The notes beneath the pieces are model-generated. The model worked only from the letters and a program-made list of their open reading frames with translations. It made no database searches and was not told the DNA's origin. Below, piece by piece: positions 39,550 to 51,156 of a DNA stretch of 64,000 nt. This DNA comes from Lingula anatina. Its lineage: Eukaryota > Animalia > Brachiopoda. The stretch is taken from NCBI GenBank assembly GCA_051362555.1, contig CM120641.1:41546401-41610400 (forward strand), given 5' to 3'. Within the stretch, counting starts at the first letter, position 1, and each line of letters starts with the position of its first letter. The translations under genes and the position numbers were made by a program.

Positions 39550-40935
39550 CACACACTGGACAATAGAAGTGTCACCCCTACTGAACCAATACTATGGGGG
39601 AGATAAATGACTGTGGAACGATATGCTCCTGGTATCATTTTATTAACATAAAATTTCACAGAAAATCACAAAATGAGAACAAAATATACATTCTACCATA
39701 ATATGCAGTTTCAAGTCCAAAATTAGTACTTAGTGGCATAGCCACGTGACCTAATAATAGGTGCCAGTCTACGAGGCAAGGATTCATATAATTGTCTGAT
39801 GCGTTCAGGGCTTATGCTGGCCCAAGCATGAAACACTGAATATAACAGAGTTTCTCTGCTGGTTAGACGGGCATTTGTCAAAAGTTTTGACATATCATTC
39901 CACACATTTTTTATGTTTGCATCCGGAATCTGGGCAGGCCACATCACCCTGCGAATGTCCTGTTGGTCAAACCAATCATCAACTGCTCTGGGCCTGTGAC
40001 AAGGAGCATTGTCATCCTGGTGAACAAATGGATAATTCCTGTCACTAAACATGTTAGTAATAAATGGTAGCAAGCCTGGCTCCAAAACAGCGATATATTT
40101 CTAGTGATTCATGTTTCCATCAACCACTATCAATTCGCCCACGCCATAGATGCTGATGCTGCCCCACACCATGATAAATATGCTGCTCCGGGTTCGAAAA
40201 TTCAGTGCATGTGGTTCAAATGCTTTACCAGCAGTTCGCCGGCATCGTACCCGTCTGTCATCAGAGGTCAGACCAAAGCGACAATTATCAGAAAAAAATA
40301 TATAGGACCAAATGTCATGGACTGTCCAGTTCCAGATCCTGTTGACACTAGGTCACTCTACGTTGCCTGTTTTGTAACGATATAAGAGGTTTCAGTCTTG
40401 CTACCCTGCTGTACACTCTATGAGCATGTAACCGACGCCTAGCAATTTTCACAGACACATTCTTATGTGTGAAATTGTTCCACTGTGTTGTCAACTGACA
40501 AGCAGTGTCGAACTTTGAAAACCTGGACATCAAAATCAGTCGTCGGTCTTCACGGCCAATAGTTTTTCTTGGACGACCCATCAGAGGCAAAATGTCTCTT
40601 GATCCAGTGTTTCTATACCGAGACCAGACCCTCTGCACGGTTCTGACTGAACAATTCAATTGTATCGATATTCTGACATTGCTTATATTCCGCCTCTTCA
40701 GGTTAATAACTATAACGCCTATAACCGTTAGATAATTGCCTGTATCTTGCCATATTGGAGGAAGACAGGAATAATATTTGCTGTACATGTACAAGACCAA
40801 CAATACAATTCCATGGTATAGCGGTTTTATACTGATTAGTCACATTATAAGTAGACCAGGCATTATAACTACCCAAGATCTGCCTACTTTTATTACTCTG
40901 ATTTAGGGGGTGACACTTCTATTGTCCAGTGTGTG
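39550..40935 (-). mobile_element. Full-length but inactivated Tc1/mariner (Tc1 family) transposon, 1386 bp
   Basis: Perfect 29-bp TIRs CACACACTGGACAATAGAAGTGTCACCCC (39550-39578; reverse complement 40907-40935) with TA on both flanks (39548-49, 40936-37). Confidence 0.95.
39723..40745 (-). pseudogene. Tc1 transposase pseudogene
   Basis: HTH SVRTVQRVWSRY, GRPRKT..EDRRL, ARLKPLI, WSYIFFSDNCRF, IMVWGSI, HQDDNAPCH, WPAQIPDANIKNVW, RGYATKY. In-frame TAG at about 40348 and about 40101, a frameshift near 40340, and a damaged SPDLNPIE motif. Confidence 0.92.
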
Positions 40936-42079
40936 TATGTTCAACTTAAAGTACAGAACCTTTTACCTTTCAACCCTACCCAAGCTAATTGTTTTTCTGA
41001 ATGGTTAGGGCTTACTTAAAATTTGCTTCCTACGAGCCTGAAGTGGAGAATCTTTTTATTGTTTGTCCCATTTACAAATATTTTTCTCACGTCATAACTT
41101 TCTGTTCGTTACTTTTCTCAAAGAATAATACGTTCTTCAAAAGGGCCTAATCTTGGGACCAACATGTTTACGCGATTTCATAGAAAAAAACATAAGAACT
41201 GTGATTGTTTAGGGATTTTTTGTCTGCTTGTACAAAAAAAAAAAAAGAAAAAAAAAAGCCAATTAAAGGGGCACTTTGTATTAAGTAAGATAACTTCAAT
41301 CGGGACATCTTTTTATTAAAACCCAAGGCCGATCAGCAGAATAAGAGTTTACCACTAGTTTTGGGACCAAATGTAAATTACATGTAAAAACTGTATTCGT
41401 TGAAGTGTGCCCGACTTTTCCACCCCCACCCCCCTGGGGGGAGCGATCAATACGACAATACAATAACTCTTGCAGATAAGGTGAAGACACCAGAACCCGC
41501 CATGTTGCCAAGTTGTTGTATCCACATTACTGCGTGCATGTCCTCTTAATTGATGTTTTTCCTCATCTTAAATTCCACAACAGCCGGCTTTTTCTAACTA
41601 ACCTGTGATATTTCTGACAATTTCCCTTGCATTAACATACAAAATTGCATTAGTATGCCAATACTGTTTTTTTTTCCTGAAAACTGCGTGGGGGGACGTT
41701 ACTTGAAACACAGGCACGTGTTTAACTCACGTTGATAAGCAGTTCAAAACGTTTAACCAAGAACTTCTCGGTTTAACCGATGGACATTAGCCTGCTATCA
41801 ATATCATTACAAAACCTGTCAACTAGTCTGACAATCTGGATGCATCTGTCCTGTTGCGGTTACCCTTGGTTATTTAATGACTGTTGGATCGTTAATAAGT
41901 AAACTAGTCAACACCTCACTAATTAAAGCCCGTCTTTTCGTTTTAATTTGAATGGTAGATCGGTTCGTTTTGTCGGCTAGCCTGGGGTAATTCGGATTAC
42001 TCGCTGTTCAAGTTTTTCTGCCTGTTTTAGCATTCGCGTTAAAGGTACTCTTATCCTATTCGGAGTGGCAGGAATGGTA

Positions 42080-42167
42080 CTCCTAGGAATAGAAATCCGG
42101 GGTAATATATGATTAGTACAGATTAAGGGTTAGTGCGGAGTTAGTGCGGGGATAGTAAATGGGACGT
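42080..42167 (+). repeat. Dispersed repeat with TTAGGG-like core; inverted copy at 58058-58140
   Basis: TCCTAGGAAT.GAA.TCCGGG...ATATGATTAGTACAG.TTA.GGTTAGT...ATGGGACG is shared with the reverse complement of 58058-58140. Confidence 0.7.
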
Positions 42168-45100
42168 ACCCGGGGTATGTCATGTGCACAAAGTAATGGG
42201 GAGCGGAACGTTCTTGCACTTTAAAAAGCTCGGTGTTTTATACCACGTCCAACTATTTAGTAAATGTCTGGCTAGACGTTCATGTTAGATAAGGCCTATA
42301 CTGGTGCATGTGCCTTTCAGAAGGAAACAATGAAAAATGCAAATCATGTACTTTCATTTCAAATGTCTTATCGCTTTTTTTAAACTTAAAGGTTTTGAAT
42401 TGGGAATGATAAATAGTTTTGCGGGATGTGTGGACATACCAGTAAAAAATATAACATTTCATAAATGGATGCTTTACATTTCATCTTATTAGTCCTACAG
42501 TAGGTGTGCTAAAAGTTCACACCTTATGAAAACTTTTTTTTTTCTTTTTTGTAATTTTTAAATGTCTCAAAAGAATGACACACATAATCTGCTAATGAGT
42601 CACAGACGAACACAAAAAAACTCCATCTATGCTATAGCGACTATGGGTCGTCTGGCGTACTCGTACATGCCCAACATATTAGTACTGTACTATCATTACA
42701 ATTTTCGGATTTCAACCAGAACGCACATGCGCATTTCACGGAAGTAATTCATTACCTTCTGTTTTCTTATGAATACGAATAATGAAGTATAGGTTGCAAC
42801 AGTGAATAGCTAAGAAGAAAGTCAAGGAAAGCCTATACGACACACTCATCGGAAGTAAGAAGCGCAAGGCTAAATGTGACAAGGCTTCACTGTCGTGATG
42901 ACGGTGTATGCAGTGTCACTACCCTGTTTAACTGAGTAATGAAGCCCCGTTGTTTTCTAGGAAGTTAAAACTAGTATCAATATTGTCCTCGAACCGTTAT
43001 AATGTATTTGCCTTGGTTTTTGAGTGTTTTACCTTTGCGTGCTGCATTCAAGAACGGTTATTACTTTGGTTTTTACTTTCTCGACACTATGAAGTGGAAT
43101 ATGCTAAATACGATTAGACTGTAATATACACTGTACTATAGTATTGCCGTGGAAAGAGGAATCCTTTGAGCGTGTGTCATTTTTCCTGTATAATGAGAAA
43201 ACAGAAGTCAATATAGGTTTAGAAAAGTGGCGATTATTATTGATACTTAAAGATTGGTATAAAATTTTTCCTTCATTCCTTTGCAATGTTATTATTTCGC
43301 TTCAATCTTCAGACCTAAAGAATGCTAACTTATACATTGTACATGTAATGCTCTGACTTTCATCTTCACCGTGTTTTGAATCAAGGTTAAGCTTACCGCA
43401 CCATGTACCGTATATCATCTAAATTTTGTACTGCCAGGAAAGGGAATGCTATGTAATTTTAAATAAGACTTAGAGGCAGCACGCAAATTTATTTCAAATA
43501 GCTCTGTGCTCCACCTTTGAGACCTAATTTGGCAAGGTTTCTTTAAACTGTATAAACTAGTATTCGCGCTTGCAATCGTTCTAAAAAGTCTCACATAACA
43601 AGCAAAGACGACGGACATGTTTGGCGAGCGTGCAGATCTATCCATAAAATCGTTGGCAAATGAAAACTCGTGGTAAATTATAAATCATTGGCATTTTTGT
43701 CAAAAATTCGGTGCTGAAGTGTAACTGGTGAGATGCAATGTAGTGCATCTTAATTTTATAAAAATCTATTTTCATTTTCGACATTTTTATCATTTGAATC
43801 ATATTGAATGGCCAAGGAAAATTTAAGTCTTTTTTAAAAACGCACGGCGATAATTATAAAGAAAAAAATTAAAAAAAAAAAAAAACAATCAATGATGACT
43901 AGCGACTACAGTAAGAGCTAGACCACAAAGCCGAATTCTTATTAAATTAAGGTTAACAGAGGCGGTTCGTTCAATACCTCTAACCATTAACATTCAATCA
44001 TTGTCCAAGTTGATAAGACTTAATTAACCGATGGTAACTTTTACGTTTATCTAGGCACAAGCTATCAATTTTGGTTGCTTTGTAAGATGAATATAAATTA
44101 AATGGACATTTAACGATGTTACAAAACAGTTACATATGGTCTTTTCAAAAGGTTACCTTAATTCAAAAGCATATTTACCAAACAGGAAAATTGACACTTT
44201 CTAAGACTGGGTTCCCATCCTTAGATCGATCTAACAGGATCGGTCCCCCGTTAAATTGCTTTCAGCCCAATCGGCTTAGACGTCTGGGACGCCCACCAAA
44301 GCTGCTAAACAATAGTTTATTACGTCTTTGGAGCCTGTTGCACAAAAGAATGCTAGCCGAGAACTGGTCTAGATTTATATTCCATATTTTAGCCAAGTTT
44401 GACCCAAGACATGAAGGTAGTCCAGTGAAATGAAATACAACGCTTGTTTTATAACTGGAAAGACATGGCTTGAGTCTTAGACAAATAGTATACCAGTAGC
44501 TGTTCTAAAGTTGATCACTACATGTGCATGCACTCAGTATGAATTTATCTACTAGCAGCAATGAAGAAGACCAATTATCCATTCGTTTTATTCATTTACT
44601 TATTTAATTTTGTTTTACATGGAGAGCATTTAATGCTTTTAGCGCTTTGCCTCCATTTCTTATGAATAAACATTGTTAAAAAAAGACCAACTTTGTGAAC
44701 AAAAAGTGAAGACCTGTTTTGAAGCTACCTGTATCACTGTTTGTGATGCCTTTCCAAGTGGATTCACATTTGCTGCTAAGTACGGCTATAATCATGAAGG
44801 GTCGACCAATCTTCAGTGTAAACCTCTTTTGTCTATTTCCGCTTTGTCTTAAGTAGCATTCATCCTTGTTTTCGGTGGATAATTATCGACATGTACTGCA
44901 GTGGGAATCATCCTACCAGCAGATATGTAGATAGATAGCCAAAATCTTTTAATGACTTAGATATATAGCCTTAAACGAGGCTTTTGCCACTAAGTGACGT
45001 CATACGAGATTAGAAAACGTGCGAAAATCCGCGTGAGGTCGAGTAAACTTTTTAGCAAAGAGGGCGAAACTCTATGCGTCTGGAATTTTTAAAAAGCATC

Positions 45101-48100
45101 ACAAAAATTACTTTAAAACGATGGTGATTCCGAAGTGTTGTAAACAAAGCTGTATTGGCTGAAAATTAAGATAAAACAACCAAAAAACAACCAGCCCCAT
45201 GGATAAATTCTGCCAGCTTTTATTCGTTCCCACACTGCACTCACTTTTCTGCCATTATTTCCGATCCCACTCTTCTCCAAACACTGCTTAGTTTTACAAT
45301 AAGTCGCGAGGCTGTGGGCTATCTTCGATAATTAACATGTTTGGTTCGATAATCTGGTATCAACTGTCTCCTGAGATAACGCATGTGAACTTAGTAAAAA
45401 TGCTTTTCCTAGACGGGGAAATTCGACACTTGCTTTATATCCCATTCTGCGCTCTAAGGTATACAGAAAACCCTGGAGCTATTTTCATCAGAGAGAGAAG
45501 GCGTCAAGTAGCTGAGAACTTGACTTCAGGACAAGCTATTGTTAGGAAAACATAAGTCATTGTTTGAAATGCCATGGTTATCTCGGGTGAACCAGGCATC
45601 GTGTAGGTTTGATGTAACCTATCTATCGAATGGGACTTATAAAAGCACAATTAACAGAGATACAACACCGGAAGGTGGTAGCTAAATTTCTTCAGAAAAG
45701 GTCGCTGGCAACGTTTTCGAAGTGATCAATTTGCATTGCCTTTCTTTTCTACTGGCTTGTTTGTGTGATTGCTAATTTGCTTTCGACGAAAAATAAACCT
45801 CGCTTTCTTTAAAGCAAAACAATATTTACGTGATCATATTCAAAGCGGTTAGTCCAATGCTCGAGACACAGCACTGCATATCTGTATTGATTCTGTCCTT
45901 ACAAAACATAAGACTTTTAAGAGGAACGGAATTTGATAATTTACCTACGTCGTTTATGTAACTATGTATACGAGTTGATGTTTTCATAACGTTCGGAGTT
46001 TTTGCATCATGTACTCGTAAGTGCATTAAGCGAATGAACTAGGTAATCGTGTTGAGTGATATCAATATATAATCTGATAAGTTAGAAGTTAATCACGATG
46101 AATGTGCCACTTTAGGTATGGCTCGAATACATTATATGACAATGATGTTCATCCGTAGAATATTGTTAGATTAAAAGGAATAAAATCAAAATGAAAATAG
46201 CAAATTACAACTTTGTCATATTTCACAAGGAGACGTAGTAAACGTTACGGTTGATGTAATAGCCATTATGTGAGCCCCCAAATATTACCAATTTTTTTTT
46301 TAGTGTACTACTATAAAAGTTGCTTTTGTTATGAACACCAGTCTTTACTATATTACTTATGTACATCATTAGTATGTCGTGTCAAGTTCTTGATTTTTCT
46401 TATTGTTTACTTTAGTAAAGTCACCATCACTGTCAGGCAACTTTTCCACAAAACAGCTGTAGCCCAAAATCGTGTCTAGATTTTTAGACCACGAGATCAA
46501 ATACCAGTGATCTATAGGATAAATATGTAATAGTCCAATTTAATGAAACAGTGTTCAGTTTTGTAACAGGAAAGAACATGGTTAATATGTGACACTTAGA
46601 ATTAGACGTCTCTGACAAATCGTACATGTATCAAAGTTTATATCTGTTTTAACATTCACAAACATCTCTTCCCGGTGGTAACGCAAAACACAGTTTATCA
46701 CTGGCGAAGGCGACAATGACATTTTCTACAAGGGAATGTGCTAATGGAAGCGCCGCAAAATCTGTCAAAATACTGAACTGACTCCAGGGCTACTTTAGAT
46801 ATTTCGTTTCCTCTTTAAATCAATTGTGGAGAGTGCTTCGTGGCAGCTTGTGGTTACAAATGTCAGCAGCTATTGTGAATCATTGAACAGATTCCCTCTA
46901 CACGCTAGTCAATATATACCATTGATGCGTCGTAACTTAATAAGGCTGCTCATCCAGTTTTGCTTATATGCCCAGATGGTTATTTCTAATAGATCAGGTA
47001 ATTGTGCACGTATGCTCTGTAATCGTGTACTTGTTGCTATTTTAATAAGGTTTTGTACAGATAGCGTGAAGAGTTGGGGCTAGAGCCCCTCTGATTGGAC
47101 TAATATAACGTACTGGTAACTAATACATCACATAAATGTATGGCCCTCTTCCAACCGAACTTAGGAGATTTGAATCTTTATTTTATAAATCATTGACAAC
47201 AACACGTGCTATTTCCTAAAAAAAATTAAAATGAAGGTTTTGCTTGCTTTCTTTCATTTTATACAGACTACATGGATATGTAGTGCATTTTAAAGAGCAA
47301 GATCTGTATTCATGAAAAAATTATTTTTTTCATGTTCTACAGGACACACTTATTTGACGTTTTGATATGCGTAACGCTTAACAGGGAATTGCTTTTACGT
47401 TATACAGAAGATGGCAGCCGTCGAGTTTGAACCTGTTGGTATACATGTCGGATAAATGCCACATTATGGTATTACCTATTCAGAACACCTGCGGACGACA
47501 TTGTGTGATAGCCAGGAAGATATCAACAACCAGTAGCATCAGCAGCGCGTCTAGAATACATTACATAGACAGCTTAGGTCACGGGATAGAAAACTTTCAG
47601 ACGAAGACTATCTGGCAGGGGTTCAGTCTTACGCGCGTCAACAGCAGCAGACGGCAAGTTTGCAAACGCAGAAATCTTGTTGTTGGAGAGCCTTATAAGT
47701 TTTATTTTCCGAACGCATATCGTGGCTATACCTACATTGCCACATGTGCTATATGTGTATGATATCTACATTGTGTGTGTGAAACTTACTGTGTTTTCCC
47801 TCTGCATGGAATGGTTGCTGTTGAAACATATACTTACCAATGTTTTGGATTTTAGCCAAATAATGCATTGTGCAGAATGGAATTGACAATTTTTTGGCGA
47901 TGTATGCAAGTGTATTACCAATGCCTCGAAAGCCATTTGGACCATATTTTAAAAAAGAACATAGCTTTTATGCAATGCGACCAAGATAACTGAAACATTG
48001 AAACTGAAACTAATGATCATACACATGTTGGGGTGTAAGTCCAGCAAATTTCTTGAAATTTGATGGACCTTTGTAGGATTAAATAAAATTTTATAGGTTC

Positions 48101-49487
48101 TGTTTTTTTGTATTTTATTTTGTCACCCTGTATTGCAGTCAAATTTCTTAAATGATTTTTCTTTGCCAAGCCAAAGGAACCAAGACATTTCCATCCTTTC
48201 CAAAATCCAAAATGTTAACTCAAAATCCTAGCTCGCTAGTGTAGAACACACTAAGGGATGTAGTGACCTGAGGATTGGTCAAAAGAACATTAGAGAGATC
48301 TTACAAACAAAGAAATACGGGTAATAAATAATAAATCTGCAAATCTTAAAGGTTAACAAATCTTCGCATGAGACCCATATTTCACAATAAATACATTGTA
48401 AACAACTCATAGAAATGTAATAAATTAAATTTTAGCACCAAAAAACGGCGGTTATTGTTATTCTGGAATCTGTGCTTGCTATCGGACCACGTGACCTCTG
48501 TAGATAGCTTCCCTCTGAAATAATCTCTTAAGAGACTATTCCAAAAAAAAAAAAAATATTTAGACAAAAAAAGCGGGGACTAAATTCATTACTTGGTGCT
48601 TTCTTATACGCCGTTAGCACGTATAGGGAATCAAAAGTGAGCATATAGTGATGAGATACCAGTAGTTCGCAATTCTTACTTCAGTTGTCGTACCTCGTTA
48701 TTTCGCACAACATCTTTACCAGTACACATGTATAACGATAACATTAATTTTGCACGAAAGAGATTTAAAAAAAAAAAAAAAAAAAAAAAACAGCCAACGG
48801 AGCATTGAAGTTTCCAGGTGTGATAGATCGCTCTTTGTCTGACCTTAATTGTTTTCTCTCCAGCACCTTTCATCAAAAGGATCCATGTACAGATCTGTTT
48901 TATCACGAGTTGTTAGGTTTCTGTTTGCGTTCAAGGATTTTAAATACGTTGTTGAATCTCCTCAGATGGGAATGTGTATGTTTATTAGTGCATCCGCAAG
49001 AAATTCCATATTTAGGAAATAATTTGTACAATACGTACATGAATTAAAACGATTATGTAAAATATACACCATAACGCTTCTATTAATAAAGGTATCTTTT
49101 GGAGAAGGGAAAACTCCTCCAAATATACATAACATGTCTATGGTGTCTGCAAATAATCGGGGTAGTGAATTGTTGAAAAAAGATATGACAATTGAGAGAA
49201 AGAGGGAGAATAGACAAGAAATGGAAATATGATAATATGTCACGAAAATGTAATGTCTCTGTTACCGATTAACTGTCAAACAGCAGTACACAATTAAGTG
49301 GGTTCTCCGTTGCGGTTACTGACCCTGTCACCATCACCACATGTACACGCGATGGGGACCGTGGCTTCGTTATTATAGCAATTAATATTACAGAAAATGA
49401 TTGGCGAAGTAACCACATGTTCAATCACTAAAGCTCGGTTATCTACCCACTGAAATTTAATAAACAAAAACTCACCCTCTCTCTCTC

Positions 49488-49529
<42 letters not shown>

Positions 49530-50453
49530 AGTCAACTTGCTACGGCGGAGCAATTTCTGAAACGCACATCTTCAAATTTTAATGGTCTGAAGATAGACAA
49601 TAGATAAAATCGATTGATTTATGCCGCCCATATACTTTAAACCCGATGCATGTAGCTGTACACACTGGAAAATGCGACAATATACCTGTATCTGTCGTGG
49701 TTTGAGGTGTGCGGTAATCGAGGATACTTAACGCTGTTGTTCTGCAAATAATGCAACATGGCGGAGATTAGCGAGGAAATTCTTCAGGACAAAATTAGGT
49801 ACAGCATGTGGTATCTTCCATTGGTACTTTAGTTTCTCTCAGCCTCAGCTAACCCCATGAAGTGGTAATATACTATGAAGTATCTTAACATACGTCAATC
49901 ATCTGAGTCCTGTCTTTTTCGCTTCTTAACGTTGTTTATGCAGGGAGTTGTTTTGTAAGGAAGCCTTTTCATAGCGCATTGGCATACCCGGAACTTATAA
50001 TGGACATCATCTGTCAAACAGACAACACAGTCGAAACCTAATGACTGCAAAGCAGTCCTTAATACTTAACCAGCGAGCAATACACTTTGAACCGCAATTG
50101 GGATCAGACAAGGACGTGTAACTGGCACATTATATTAATAGATAAAAAACGGCCGTCCTTGTTGCGTGTTGTTTTATTTCAATTCAAAAAGGGATTTGCT
50201 TGGTCAACTGCAGAATACGCATATCACAATAAGAGATGTTAATTGGACGTCATAGCCGTCGTCTGACAGTGGAGATTCAGCAATACAATATTCCAGTTTG
50301 AGCACCTACTACACCTGTAGACGAGCAAAGCTCATTTGACAATGGAAATACCTAAGACGGTACACACTTTTGGGTGACAACTGGATTGGCGTACTTAGTG
50401 ATGAAATGTCTATTTTTACCAGCACTGGTTACAGAACAAGAAGCGATTAAATT

Positions 50454-51156
50454 ATGACTTTTTCAGTTTTCTCTGTTTTCTTTATCATTTTGGATGTCAC
50501 CGTTGTGATCTCTGACAAAAGTCACCATATGGACCACTTTGGTAGGAAGCTGCAAGGTACGGTGAACGTTGCGGCGATTCTTCCCGCTCAATCTGCTAGA
50601 TTGTTTTCTAGGCAGCGAGTCTCACAGGCCCTCGCCATAGCCGTCAATGCATCCAGTGCCTACCTGGGGAAAATAAACATGGTAGTCTATCACGGGGATT
50701 CCCTGTGCGACATAGCTGAGGGGATGCACCAGGCCTTTGAGTTGCACCTGAGAGGGGAGGCCGATGTCTTTCTGGGGCCGGCCTGTGACTTCGCCGCCGC
50801 TCCTGTTGCCCGGCAGGCGAAATTTTGGGACACCCCTGTAATCAGTGCCGGGGCTTTTGCCATGGAGTTTAAGCAGAAACGAACAGGCATGTACCCGACC
50901 CTTACGCGAGTCGGTGACAATGTCCATTCATTGACATATTTCATTCACCGGCTGATTAGGCAATTCGGGTGGAGAAATTTTCGGCTAATCTACGAGAAGG
51001 AGGGACAGGATAATATCATTACGTCGTTTTGCCACGTTGTTTCAGAAGGACTGATATACATCAGTTCCAAGGAAGACAGCGAGCCCGTGGAATACAAAAG
51101 GATCAAAGATGGTCTGGACGGTATTTTGCAGGAATTTCTGGGGATCGACAATGGCG
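50454..51156 (+). CDS. First coding exon B of a natriuretic peptide receptor / receptor guanylyl cyclase-type protein (signal peptide + N-terminal part of ANF_receptor domain)
   Basis: Signal-like MTFSVFSVFFIILDVTVVIS; motifs AAILP, GDSLC, DVFLGPACDFAAAPVARQAKFWDTPVISAGA, YPTLTRVG, FGW..FRLIYE, CHVVSEGL. Ends at donor GCG|GTAGGT (51156|51157), phase 1, homologous to exon A's donor. Confidence 0.9.

Noticed and set aside
47400-48131. 111-aa ORF at 47427-47762 and mariner-like terminus GTCACCCTGTA at about 48122
   Set aside because: No receptor or transposase motifs in the ORF and no matching second TIR found.
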